Shown here one piece after another: positions 30,833-39,570 of a DNA stretch of 64,000 nt. The stretch is taken from the NCBI GenBank assembly GCA_963851405.1, contig CAWKPB010000007.1:351876-415875 (forward strand), read 5' to 3'. Position 1 is the stretch's first letter; the number at the start of each line of letters is the position of its first letter. Origin of the DNA: an uncultured Actinomycetota bacterium (lineage in GTDB: Bacteria; Actinomycetota; Actinomycetes; DATJPE01). A program made the position numbers and the translations under genes. The notes under the pieces are model-generated. The model did not search any database and had not been told where the DNA came from. It saw only the letters and a list, made by a program, of their open reading frames with translations.

Positions 30833-30931
30833 GTGGGTTCCGTCATCAAGAAGCGGCGCAAGCGCATGGCGAAGAAGAAGCACCGCAAGCTGCTGAAGAA
30901 GACTCGCGTCCAGCGCCGTAACAAGAAGTAG
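30833..30931 (+). CDS. 30S ribosomal protein bS22 (32 aa; absent from the ORF track)
   Basis: GTG-GGT-TCC... translates to MGSVIKKRRKRMAKKKHRKLLKKTRVQRRNKK*. This matches the actinobacterial bS22 / AURKAIP1-COX24-like peptide. Confidence 0.75.
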   Translation: MGSVIKKRRKRMAKKKHRKLLKKTRVQRRNKK

Positions 30932-30946
30932 TAATCGCGGCACCCC

Positions 30947-31975
30947 GTGACTCGCACTGTTCTCGTAACTGGGGTGTCCCGACACCTGGGTGGCCGGTTC
31001 GCACGGCTGCTCACTGCCGATCCCCGGGTTGACCGGGTCATCGGCGTCGACGTCGTACCCCCGGATCACGACCTCGGAGGCGCGGAGTTCGTGCGCGCCG
31101 ATATCCGCAACCCGATCATCGCCAAGGTGATCGCGGCCGCGGACGTCGACACCGTGGTGCACATGAGCGTGATCGCCACCCCCATGTCCGCAGGTGGTCG
31201 GTCGCTCATGAAAGAGGTCAACGTCATCGGCACCATGCAGCTGCTCGCTGCGTGCCAGAAGGCGAAGAGCATCAGCCGACTCGTGGTGAAGTCCTCCTCG
31301 ACGGTCTACGGCGCCTCGCCGAAGGACCCGGCGATGTTTACCGAGGACATGGAGCCCAAGCGCCTTCCGCGCTCCGGGTTCGCCAAGGACTCGGTCGAGG
31401 TCGAGGGGTACGTGCGTGGATTCTCCAGGCGTCGCCCCGACGTTGAGGTAACGATGCTGAGGTTCGCCAACTGCGTCGGTCCCGGCATTGTCACGCCCCT
31501 CACGGCCTACTTCGGCCTTCCCCTCGTCCCCACGGTCTTCGGATTCGACCCCCGCTTGCAGTTCGTTCATGAGGACGATCTGTTGCGCTCCCTGCTGCAC
31601 TCGACCCTCGGTGCCCCGTCGGGGACGTACAACATCTCCGGGGACGGCGTGATCTTGTTGTCCCAGGCGGCTCATCGCGCCGGGCGCCCGACGCTGCCGC
31701 TGTTCGGGCCGTTCGTCAGCACTGCCGGCGGGTTGGTGCGGCGCGTGCGAGCGATCGATTTCAGCCCCGAGCAGGTGCAGTTCCTGACTTATGGTCGGGG
31801 CGTGGACACCACGCGCATGCGTTCGGTCCTCGGCTTCGAGCCGGACTACACGACCGCGCAGGCCTTCGAGGACTTCGTCACCTCGCGGCGCTTGAACGGG
31901 CTCGTGCAGTCCGACCACATCGACACCGTCGAACGCCAAATCCTGAGTCTGGTCTCCGGACCGGGTACGCCATGA
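30947..31975 (+). CDS. NAD-dependent epimerase/dehydratase
   Basis: VLVTGVSRHLGGRF Rossmann-like N-terminus. Conserved position equivalent to GalE2. GTG start. Confidence 0.8.
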   Translation: MTRTVLVTGVSRHLGGRFARLLTADPRVDRVIGVDVVPPDHDLGGAEFVRADIRNPIIAKVIAAADVDTVVHMSVIATPMSAGGRSLMKEVNVIGTMQLLAACQKAKSISRLVVKSSSTVYGASPKDPAMFTEDMEPKRLPRSGFAKDSVEVEGYVRGFSRRRPDVEVTMLRFANCVGPGIVTPLTAYFGLPLVPTVFGFDPRLQFVHEDDLLRSLLHSTLGAPSGTYNISGDGVILLSQAAHRAGRPTLPLFGPFVSTAGGLVRRVRAIDFSPEQVQFLTYGRGVDTTRMRSVLGFEPDYTTAQAFEDFVTSRRLNGLVQSDHIDTVERQILSLVSGPGTP

Positions 31976-33140
31976 CCGACGCGAGGGTGATCCCCATCGA
32001 CGGGTCAGGCGAAGGCCGGCCGTTGAAGGTCGTCAAGTCGGCGGGCTCGGGTAAGAAGGCGGGCTCGGGTAAGCCAGCGGGGTCCAGCAAGTCGGCGAAA
32101 CCGGTCAAGCGCAAGCGACCCGAGCCGGTCCCTGCGGCGGAGCCGGTCACCGCGGCGGAGCCGATCAAGCGCAAGCGGCCCGCGGCTAAACGTGTCCCAC
32201 CCAAATCCAAGAAGCCGGCTCAAGCTGACCGGCCCGCTGATGACGCGGTCTCGGGAAGCGCAGCCCGGACGGCCTCGGGTAGTTCCGCTCCTGGGGCCGA
32301 CGGGTCGCTGGACGCGAAGGTCGCGTCGGTGCTGTCGTTCCTGCGGCGACGGATCACGGGCGACTTCGAGGTGGACGACTTCGGCTACGACGCGGAGCTG
32401 ACCGACAAGGTGCTGCTCGCCTGGTTGCGTCCGCTGTATCAGCATTGGTTCCGCGTCGAGATCCGCGGCATCGAGAACGTGCCCGCGGACGGCGGGGCGC
32501 TCATCGTGGCCAACCATTCGGGCACGATCGCCATCGACTCGATCATGACCCAGCTCGCGCTTCTCGACCATCACCCCCAGCACCGGGCCTTGCGGATGCT
32601 TGGCGCTGACCTGGTGTTCTCGATGCCGGTGGTGTCGGAGTTCGCTCGCAAGAGTGGAGCGACCGTGGCGTGCAACGCCGACGCCGAGCGACTGCTCGGG
32701 CGCGGTGAGGTGGTCGGCGTGTGGCCCGAAGGGTTCAAGGGAGTCGGCAAGCCGTTCTCCGAGCGGTACAAGCTGCAGCGCTTCGGGCGGGGCGGTTTCG
32801 TCGCGGCCGCGCTGCGGGCGAAGGTGCCGATCATCCCGGTGTCGATCGTGGGAGCCGAGGAGATCTACCCGATCATCGGCAACCTCAAGACCTGGCCCGG
32901 CTACTAGGGGTTCCGTACGTCCCGATCACTCCGACTTTCCCCTTGCTCGGACCGCTGGGCCTGGTGCCGCTGCCCAGCAAGTGGCTGATCGAGTTCGGCG
33001 AGCCGATCCACACCGACAGCTACGACGACGGGGCCGCCGAGGACCCGATGCTCGTCTTCAACCTCACCGACCAGGTGCGCGAGACCATCCAGCACACGTT
33101 GTACCGCCTGCTCATGCAGCGCCGTTCCGTCTTCTTCTAG
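31972..33140 (+). pseudogene. lysophospholipid (PlsC-like) acyltransferase, frame broken by an apparent 1-nt deletion near 32890
   Basis: HXXXXD motif (ANHSGTIAID). Frame 1 ends at ..IIGNLKTWPGY* and another frame continues LARLLGVPYVPITPTFPLLGPLG...LLMQRRSVFF* to 33140. Confidence 0.75.
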
Positions 33141-33159
33141 GCGTCTTCTTCTAGGCGTC
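33128..33159. repeat. 14-bp tandem duplication spanning the acyltransferase stop codon
   Basis: CGTCTTCTTCTAGG occurs twice, followed by a partial CGTC. Confidence 0.8.
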
Positions 33160-33178
33160 CCTTCCAGCGCCTCCCCCT

Positions 33179-33239
33179 GCCGAATGCGGCGAAGAGGACC
33201 TAATCGGCGGCGAAAAGGGTCGCTTTCGCGGCATTCGGC
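33179..33239. repeat. hairpin repeat, H-type copy H1
   Basis: GCCGAATGCGGCGAA-N31-TTCGCGGCATTCGGC. Same arms, and the same G-G mismatch, as copy H2. Confidence 0.7.
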
Positions 33240-33263
33240 GGGCGGGGGCGGAGTCGGGGACGG

Positions 33264-34175
33264 TTAGCGCAGGCGTGCCCATCGACGGTTGCGCCGCCGG
33301 TGGCGGTCGATGGCGATGGCGCCGCTCGCGATCCCGGCGACTACCGCGCTGCCGGCCAGGGCGGGCACTCCGATGCGCGCGGCCTTACGTCCGGTGCGGT
33401 AGTCGACGATGCGCCACCCAAGCGCCTTGGCGTGAGCGCGCAGTTTCGAGTCGGGGTTGACCGCGCAGGGGTCACCCACGAGGGAGAGCATGGGAATGTC
33501 GTTGCTGGAGTCTGAGTACGCCGCGCACCGAGACAAGTCGAGGCCCTCGCGCTGCGCCAGCGCCCGTACGGCTTCGGCCTTCGCCGGCCCGTGCAGCGGC
33601 CGGCCCACGAGTCGGCCGGTGTAGATGCCGTCGTTGATCTCCGAGACGGTGCCGAGGGCGCCGGTGAGCCCGAGGCGCTTCGCGATGATCGTGGCCAGTT
33701 CCATCGGCGCCGCGGACACCAGCCACACCCGCTGGCCAGCATCGAGGTGGCCTCGGGCCATGGCCAGGGTGCCGGGGTAGACCTTGCCGACGATCCGCTC
33801 GTCGAAGATCTCGCGGCCGAGCTGGACGACCTCGGCCACCTCGTGGCCGCGCACGAATCCCAGCGCCGTCTCCGTGACCGACGCCATGTCGCCCGCGTCC
33901 TCCCCGCTGAGCCGGAACTTGACCTGGTCCTTGACGAAGCCCAGCACATCCGCGGAGTTGAAGAACTTTCGCTGGGCCAGGCCCATACCCAGATAGAAGA
34001 TCGACGCCCCACGCACGACGGTGTTGTCGATGTCGAAGAACGCGGCGGCCGAGAGGTCCGGGGCCACCGCGAGGGCCGCTTCGACTTCGGCCCGGGCGGC
34101 CGCAGCCTCACCGGCGACGACGGCTGGTGGCACGAGAGCCGAGGCGGCCTGGGGCCGCACGTCTTCGGGGGTCAC
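33264..34175 (-). CDS. HAD-IB family hydrolase (SerB1-like phosphoserine phosphatase family) with C-terminal TM tail
   Basis: FFDIDNTVV (DxDxT), SAAPMELA, YSDSSNDIPML. GTG start at 34175; the upstream part of the ORF is Arg/Pro-rich and looks non-coding. Confidence 0.75.
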   Translation of the reverse strand: MTPEDVRPQAASALVPPAVVAGEAAAARAEVEAALAVAPDLSAAAFFDIDNTVVRGASIFYLGMGLAQRKFFNSADVLGFVKDQVKFRLSGEDAGDMASVTETALGFVRGHEVAEVVQLGREIFDERIVGKVYPGTLAMARGHLDAGQRVWLVSAAPMELATIIAKRLGLTGALGTVSEINDGIYTGRLVGRPLHGPAKAEAVRALAQREGLDLSRCAAYSDSSNDIPMLSLVGDPCAVNPDSKLRAHAKALGWRIVDYRTGRKAARIGVPALAGSAVVAGIASGAIAIDRHRRRNRRWARLR

Positions 34176-34204
34176 AAAAAGTGAGCGTATGCGAGACTCC
34201 AAGG

Positions 34205-35722
34205 GTGCGCGCAAACCTCGCTGATCTGGTCCGCGGGGCCGCCGCTCGTCGCCCGGTTCACCCGGCGCTGGTGAGCGAGGCCGCGACTTGGACCTGGGCC
34301 GACCTTGACGCCGCGGTCGACGCGGTCGCCGCGGCGCTTCGCGCGAGGGGGCTGTCGGCTGGCGACCGGGTGGCACTCGTCCTTGGCAACAGCCTGGAGT
34401 TCGCGGCCGCCTACTTCGGAGTCCTGCGCGCAGGACTGGTGGCGGTGCCGATCAATCCGACGCTGACGGAGTACGAGCTGCACGCGCTCCTCGCTGACTC
34501 CGATCCGCGGCTGGGGATCGTCGGCGACGCCGTACGGCCAGGGGTAGCCGGGGCAGCCCCGGATCTCGACCTGGTCGTGGTTGGTGGGACCGGTCCGGAG
34601 TCGTACGACGCATTCGTGGCCTCGGGATCGGGCCGGGCGGGGGCCGCAGAAGGCGCGACCGAGGTGGACACCGACGCCGACGACCTCGCCCTGCTGCTCT
34701 TCACCTCGGGCACCAGCGGGCAGGCGAAGGGCGCGATGCTGACGCACCGCGCCCTGCTCGCCAATGTCGAGAGCGTCGCCTCGACCCGGTACCCCAGTGT
34801 TCAGACCGATGATGTGGTTCTGCTGGTGCTGCCCATGTTCCACGTCTACTCACTCAACGGGACGCTCGCCGCCGTCGCACATCAGGCCGCGACCGTCGTC
34901 ATCGTCGAACGCTTCGATCCCGAGGGCTCGCTGGACCTGATTCAGCGCCATGGAGTCACCAACATCCCGGGCGCCCCGCCCATGTTCGTCGCGTGGAGCA
35001 CGCGCCCTCGCCTCGGCGAGGCGTTCGCGAATGTCCGGATCCTGTTCACCGGGGCGGCCCCGATGCCGGCTGAGGTGAGCGAACGGATTCTCGAAGCGAC
35101 GGGGCTGCCCGTCTTTGAGGGGTACGGCCTGACCGAGGCTGCCCCCGGAGTGACCTCAACCCTGGTCGGGGGCGTGGCCAAGCCCGGCTCGGTCGGCCAG
35201 CCGCTGCCCGGTGTCCAGCTGCGGCTCCTCACCGAGGAAGGCGAGGAGGTCGAGGAGGGCGACCCCGGAGAGATCTGGATTCACGGGGACAACGTCTTCT
35301 CGGGGTACTGGCCGGACGGCGAAGGCGGTCCTGACGCGGACGGCTGGTTCGCGACCGGAGACGTGGGCTACCTGGACGACGACGGCGACCTCGTGCTGGT
35401 GGATCGGCGCAAGGAGCTGGTGATCGTGAACGGCTTCAACGTCTACCCGCGCGAGGTCGAGGACGCCCTGGTCGCGCACCCCGATGTGGCGGAGGTCGCG
35501 GTCATCGGCATCCCCGACGAGCGTACGGGCGAGTCGGTCAAGGCGTACGTCGTGCCCGCCCCCGGAGCCGATCTGGACGAGGCGGCCGTGTCTGACTACG
35601 CCGCGACGCGGCTGGCCCGCTTCAAGCGGCCGACCACGTTTGTGGTTGTGGACGCGCTCCCGCACTCCGCGACCGGCAAGGTCGCCAAGGGGCGGCTGCG
35701 CGAGGACTCCGCGCTGGCGTGA
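34205..35722 (+). CDS. AMP-dependent acyl-CoA synthetase/ligase
   Basis: LLFTSGTSGQAKGAML (AMP-binding motif), GYGLTEA, TGDVGYLDDDGDLVLVDRRKE. GTG start at 34205. Confidence 0.85.
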   Translation: MRANLADLVRGAAARRPVHPALVSEAATWTWADLDAAVDAVAAALRARGLSAGDRVALVLGNSLEFAAAYFGVLRAGLVAVPINPTLTEYELHALLADSDPRLGIVGDAVRPGVAGAAPDLDLVVVGGTGPESYDAFVASGSGRAGAAEGATEVDTDADDLALLLFTSGTSGQAKGAMLTHRALLANVESVASTRYPSVQTDDVVLLVLPMFHVYSLNGTLAAVAHQAATVVIVERFDPEGSLDLIQRHGVTNIPGAPPMFVAWSTRPRLGEAFANVRILFTGAAPMPAEVSERILEATGLPVFEGYGLTEAAPGVTSTLVGGVAKPGSVGQPLPGVQLRLLTEEGEEVEEGDPGEIWIHGDNVFSGYWPDGEGGPDADGWFATGDVGYLDDDGDLVLVDRRKELVIVNGFNVYPREVEDALVAHPDVAEVAVIGIPDERTGESVKAYVVPAPGADLDEAAVSDYAATRLARFKRPTTFVVVDALPHSATGKVAKGRLREDSALA

Positions 35723-35976
35723 GCGAGCCGCCTGCTGCGCCCGTACGCGTGCTGCTGCTCGGCAAGCCTGGGTGCCACCTGTGCGACGACGCCCGGGTGG
35801 TCGTGGCGCAAGTCTGCGCCGAGGTGGGGGTCGGCTGGGAGGAGCGAGACATCCTGGGCGACCCCGAACTGGCGGACCGCTACTGGGAGGAGATCCCGGT
35901 CGTGCTGGTTGACGGTGAGCAGCACGCGTTCTGGCACGTCGACCCCGCTCGCCTGCGCGCCCGCCTCACCCCCTGA
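35719..35976 (+). CDS. glutaredoxin-like protein (Rv0508-position)
   Basis: 85 aa with a GKPGCHLCDD CxxC motif. 4-nt overlap with the ligase gene. Confidence 0.7.
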   Translation: MSEPPAAPVRVLLLGKPGCHLCDDARVVVAQVCAEVGVGWEERDILGDPELADRYWEEIPVVLVDGEQHAFWHVDPARLRARLTP

Positions 35977-35994
35977 CCCGCGCTCGCTTCCCGT

Positions 35995-36032
35995 TCGTCG
36001 CCGTCGCCGTCGCCGTCGTCGCCGTCGTCGCC
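35995..36032. repeat. GTCGCC/GTC microsatellite
   Basis: TCGTCGCCGTCGCCGTCGCCGTCGTCGCCGTCGTCGCC. Intergenic. Confidence 0.85.
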
Positions 36033-36054
36033 TCCCGCCCCGCGCTCGCCCAAA

Positions 36055-36101
36055 GCTGAGAAGAGGGCCCTTTCCTGGGCGGAATTGGTCCACTTCTCAG
36101 C
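36055..36101. repeat. hairpin element (possible divergent member of the repeat superfamily)
   Basis: GCTGAGAAG-N29-CTTCTCAGC. The inner ..GGTCCACTTC resembles the 3' arms of the other copies. Confidence 0.45.
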
Positions 36102-36161
36102 ATTCGCCGGAGTGGGCCGCGGGTGGGAGCGGCAAACGGTGGCTTGCATCCGAAGTTAGGT

Positions 36162-37022
36162 ATGCCTTACCTTCATCGCGTGCTCGGAAACTACTTGATC
36201 GGCCTGCGCGAGGGTCTCGAGGCGGCGCTCGTCGTCAGCATCTTGATCGCCTACCTCGTGCGCACCGGCCGGCAGAGCCATGTGCGCTACGTGTGGGCCG
36301 GCGTCGGCTGCGCCCTCGCGTTGAGCATCGCGGCGGGTGCCCTGCTCGAGTTCACCTCGGCCAACCTGTCGTTCACCGCGCAGGAGCGTTTCGGCGGGAT
36401 CATGTCGATCATCGCCGTCGGGTTCGTCACCTGGATGATCTTCTGGATGCGCCGCGCGGGCCGCACCATCGCCAAGGAGCTCCACGGCAAGGTCGACGCC
36501 GCAGTCGCCATCGGCGGTACGGCTGTCGTCCTCGTCGCCTTCGTCGCAGTGGCCCGCGAGGGCCTTGAGACGGCCGTCTTCTTCTGGACCGCCGCGCAGG
36601 CCACGGGGACCACCTGGGCGCCGGTCACCGGGTTCCTCCTGGGCCTGGCCACCGCCGTCGCCCTCGGGTTCGCCCTCTACACCAGTGCGGTCAAGATCAA
36701 CCTGGCCGTCTTCTTCAAGTGGACCGGGTTCCTGCTGATCTTCGTCGCCGCCGGGGTGTTGTCCTACGGCATCCATGACCTGCAGGAGGCCGGCGACCTC
36801 CCCGGCCTCAACAACTTGCTGTTCGACGTCAGCGCCCAGGTGCCGCCGAGTTCTTGGTACGGCACCGTGCTCAAGGGCGTCTTCAACTTCTCACCGGCGA
36901 CCAGCGTGCTCGAGGGGCTCGCGTGGATCGGCTACGTCTCGGTGACCCTGTTCTTCTACTTCCGGCCGGTGCGTAGCAACCCCGTATCCCAGCCCGCCGC
37001 GCCGACGTCCGTCTCCGCCTGA
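36162..37022 (+). CDS. FTR1/EfeU-family high-affinity iron permease
   Basis: Two REXXE motifs (LREGLEAAL, AREGLETAV) in a 7-TM-like protein. The start could be ATG 36162 or GTG 36180. Confidence 0.8.
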   Translation: MPYLHRVLGNYLIGLREGLEAALVVSILIAYLVRTGRQSHVRYVWAGVGCALALSIAAGALLEFTSANLSFTAQERFGGIMSIIAVGFVTWMIFWMRRAGRTIAKELHGKVDAAVAIGGTAVVLVAFVAVAREGLETAVFFWTAAQATGTTWAPVTGFLLGLATAVALGFALYTSAVKINLAVFFKWTGFLLIFVAAGVLSYGIHDLQEAGDLPGLNNLLFDVSAQVPPSSWYGTVLKGVFNFSPATSVLEGLAWIGYVSVTLFFYFRPVRSNPVSQPAAPTSVSA

Positions 37023-37075
37023 TCATCCGACAACCCATCCACCCGCTCCACCGCTCACTCAAGGAGTTCTGACTC

Positions 37076-37459
37076 GTGCGTACCCGCCTGGCTCTTCCCC
37101 TGCTCGCCGTTGCTGCCCTCGCTCTCGCCGCGTGCGGCTCCGACGCGAGCACCGGCTCCGGCGGCGGCTCCGACACAGCCGATGCGATCACGGTTACCTC
37201 AACCGCTGATGCGTGCACCCTGTCGGCGACCTCCGCGGCGGCGGGGGCGGTCACCTTCGAGATCACCAATGACGGCAGCGAAGCGACGGAGTTCTACGTG
37301 TACGGCGCGGATGGCGAGACCGTCGTTGCTGAGGTTGAGAACATCGGGCCGGGGATCACCCAGGACCTCACGGCAACCTTGGAGTCGGGCGCCTACATCA
37401 CCGCCTGCAAGCCTGGCATGGTCGGCGAGGGCATTCGCGGGCCGTTCACCGTCAGCTGA
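37076..37459 (+). CDS. cupredoxin-like lipoprotein (EfeO N-terminal-domain-like)
   Basis: Lipobox LALAACG. About 100 aa beta-sandwich-like domain with ITACKPGMVGEGIRG near the C-terminus. Confidence 0.6.
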   Translation: MRTRLALPLLAVAALALAACGSDASTGSGGGSDTADAITVTSTADACTLSATSAAAGAVTFEITNDGSEATEFYVYGADGETVVAEVENIGPGITQDLTATLESGAYITACKPGMVGEGIRGPFTVS

Positions 37460-37515
37460 CGTTTGCGGCACCACCGGTTGGCCCCCAATACGGTGATTGG
37501 CCGCTGAACGCAACT

Positions 37516-37533
37516 TTGTGCGGTCGTTCACAA
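37516..37533. promoter_or_regulatory. candidate Rex operator (ROP)
   Basis: TTGTGCGGTCGTTCACAA compared with the Streptomyces ROP core TGTGAACGCGTTCACA. Spacing is identical and the right half-site is perfect. 53 nt upstream of rex. Confidence 0.6.
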
Positions 37534-37585
37534 GCGCCTAAAGTGCGGGTCAAGCAAGCCCCCGCCTCAGGAGAACGCCGTCGTC

Positions 37586-38263
37586 GTGTCTACCGCAGCG
37601 CCAGGTCGCCGAGCCCGTAAGGGCGGCGTTCCCGAGGCCACGGTCGCCCGACTGCCGCTCTATCACCGGGCGCTCACGACGCTCGCCGAGCGCCACGTCG
37701 CGACGGTGTCCTCCGAAGAGCTGGCGACGGCCGCCGGGGTCAATTCGGCCAAGCTGCGCAAGGACCTCAGCCACCTCGGGTCGTACGGCACCCGTGGGGT
37801 CGGCTACGACGTTGACGACCTGCTGGTCCACATCGGCCGCGAACTCGGGCTCACGCAAGCCTGGTCGGTGGTCATCGTCGGCGCGGGAAACCTGGGTCAG
37901 GCGCTCGCCAACTATGGCGGCTTCGACTCGCGCGGCTTCCGCGTCGTCGGGCTGGTCGACACCGACCCCAATCGCTGCGGCGAGTCGGTGGCCGGACTGA
38001 CGATCCGCCCGCTGGCCGAGCTTGAGGGCCTCGTCGCCGAACAGGACGTCAACATCGGGGTGATCGCGACCCCGGCCGGCGCCGCGCAAGACGTGTGCAC
38101 CCGCTTGGTGGACGCCGGTGTCACGAGCATCCTCAACTTCGCCCCGACGGTCCTGACCGTGGGCGCGGATGTCGACGTACGCAAGGTTGACCTGGCCACC
38201 GAGCTGCAGATCCTGGCCTTCCACGAGCAGCGAAAGGCCGATCTCGTGGGGGCGACCCCATGA
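37586..38263 (+). CDS. rex: redox-sensing transcriptional repressor Rex
   Basis: ATVARLPLYHRAL, KLRKDLSHLGSYGTRGVGY, VVIVGAGNLGQALANY. AGGAGA RBS. GTG start. Confidence 0.9.
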   Translation: MSTAAPGRRARKGGVPEATVARLPLYHRALTTLAERHVATVSSEELATAAGVNSAKLRKDLSHLGSYGTRGVGYDVDDLLVHIGRELGLTQAWSVVIVGAGNLGQALANYGGFDSRGFRVVGLVDTDPNRCGESVAGLTIRPLAELEGLVAEQDVNIGVIATPAGAAQDVCTRLVDAGVTSILNFAPTVLTVGADVDVRKVDLATELQILAFHEQRKADLVGATP

Positions 38264-39570
38264 GCATCCTCGTAGTCGGCCTGTCCCACCGGTCAGCGGC
38301 CGTACGCCTGCTGGAAGAAGTTTCCGTCGTTGGCGACGACCTGCCGGGGCTGCTCGCTGAGGCCACCGACGCGCCACACATCGGTGAGGCCGTGATCGTC
38401 TCCACGTGCAACCGGGTCGAGGTCTACGCGGTCGTCGACAAGTTCCACGGCGGCGTCGAAGACCTCACTGCGCTGCTCGCCGACCACGCCAGCCTCGGGC
38501 TGGAAGCGCTCACCCCGCACCTGTACGTGCACTACGACGAGCGCGCCGTCCAGCACCTGTTCGGCGTGGTGTGCGGCCTCGACTCGATGGTCGTCGGCGA
38601 GGCCCAGGTCCTGGGCCAGACCCGGTCAGCGCTGCGCGTGGCTCAGGACTCCGGCGCCGCGGGCGGTCTTCTCAACGACCTGTTCCAAAACGCTCTGCGC
38701 GTCGGCAAGCGAGCCCACGCAGAAACCGGGATCGACCGTGCCGGTTCGGTGCTGGTGTCGGTCGGGCTCGATGAGGCGGTACCCGCCATCGGCGGCCTGA
38801 CCGGGGCCAAGGTCCTGGTGATCGGGGCGGGCTCGATGGGCGCGCTCGTCGGCTCGGCGCTGTCCGACGCCGGCATCGCCTCAGCCATTGTGGCCAACCG
38901 CACCGTGAGCCATGGGCTGCGGGTGGCCGAGGCTCTCGGAGGTACGGCTGTCGGGATGGACGCCGTCCCGCAGGCGTTGGGCGACGTCGACCTGGTGGTG
39001 TCATGCACCGGAGCGATCGGACACGTCATCAGCGCCGAGGACGTGCGGGAGGCGCTGCCCCGGCGCGGCGGCCGGCCCTTGGCGGTGCTCGACCTAGCGC
39101 TCCCTCGCGATGTCGCTCCCGAGGTCGCCGACCTCGAGGGGGTCACCGTCGTCTCGCTGGACGATCTGAGCGCCCTGCTCACCGGAGTCGAGCACAGCGC
39201 TGATCTCGACGAGGTCCGGCGCATCGTCGCGGACGAGACGTCCGCCTACCTTGGCGCCCAACGTGCGGCCCGGGTCGCTCCGACGGTGGTCGCGTTGCGC
39301 CAGCTGGCCTCCGACGTGGTGGCCGCCGAGCTGGGTCGCCTCGACGCCCGCATGCCCGATCTCGACCCGGCCGTACGCGACGAGGTCGCGCAGACCGTGC
39401 GCCGTACCGTCGACAAGCTCCTGCACGCACCCACGGTTCGGATGAAGGAGCTGGCCGCTGACGAGGGCGGTCACGCCTACGCCGAGGCGCTGCACCGGCT
39501 CTTCGACCTCGACCCCGACGCCGTCGACCTGGTGGCCCGCGCCGCGTTGGCCGAGGGAGTGGGGTCATGA
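38260..39570 (+). CDS. hemA: glutamyl-tRNA reductase
   Basis: MSILVVGLSHRSA, STCNRVEVY (catalytic Cys), GAGSMG Rossmann motif. Confidence 0.9.
   Translation: MSILVVGLSHRSAAVRLLEEVSVVGDDLPGLLAEATDAPHIGEAVIVSTCNRVEVYAVVDKFHGGVEDLTALLADHASLGLEALTPHLYVHYDERAVQHLFGVVCGLDSMVVGEAQVLGQTRSALRVAQDSGAAGGLLNDLFQNALRVGKRAHAETGIDRAGSVLVSVGLDEAVPAIGGLTGAKVLVIGAGSMGALVGSALSDAGIASAIVANRTVSHGLRVAEALGGTAVGMDAVPQALGDVDLVVSCTGAIGHVISAEDVREALPRRGGRPLAVLDLALPRDVAPEVADLEGVTVVSLDDLSALLTGVEHSADLDEVRRIVADETSAYLGAQRAARVAPTVVALRQLASDVVAAELGRLDARMPDLDPAVRDEVAQTVRRTVDKLLHAPTVRMKELAADEGGHAYAEALHRLFDLDPDAVDLVARAALAEGVGS

Noticed and set aside
35880-36149. 89-aa ORF on the - strand encoding a DGDGDGDDGDD repeat.
   Set aside because: It is simply the translation of the intergenic GTCGCC microsatellite. 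It has no start context or coding-like flanks.
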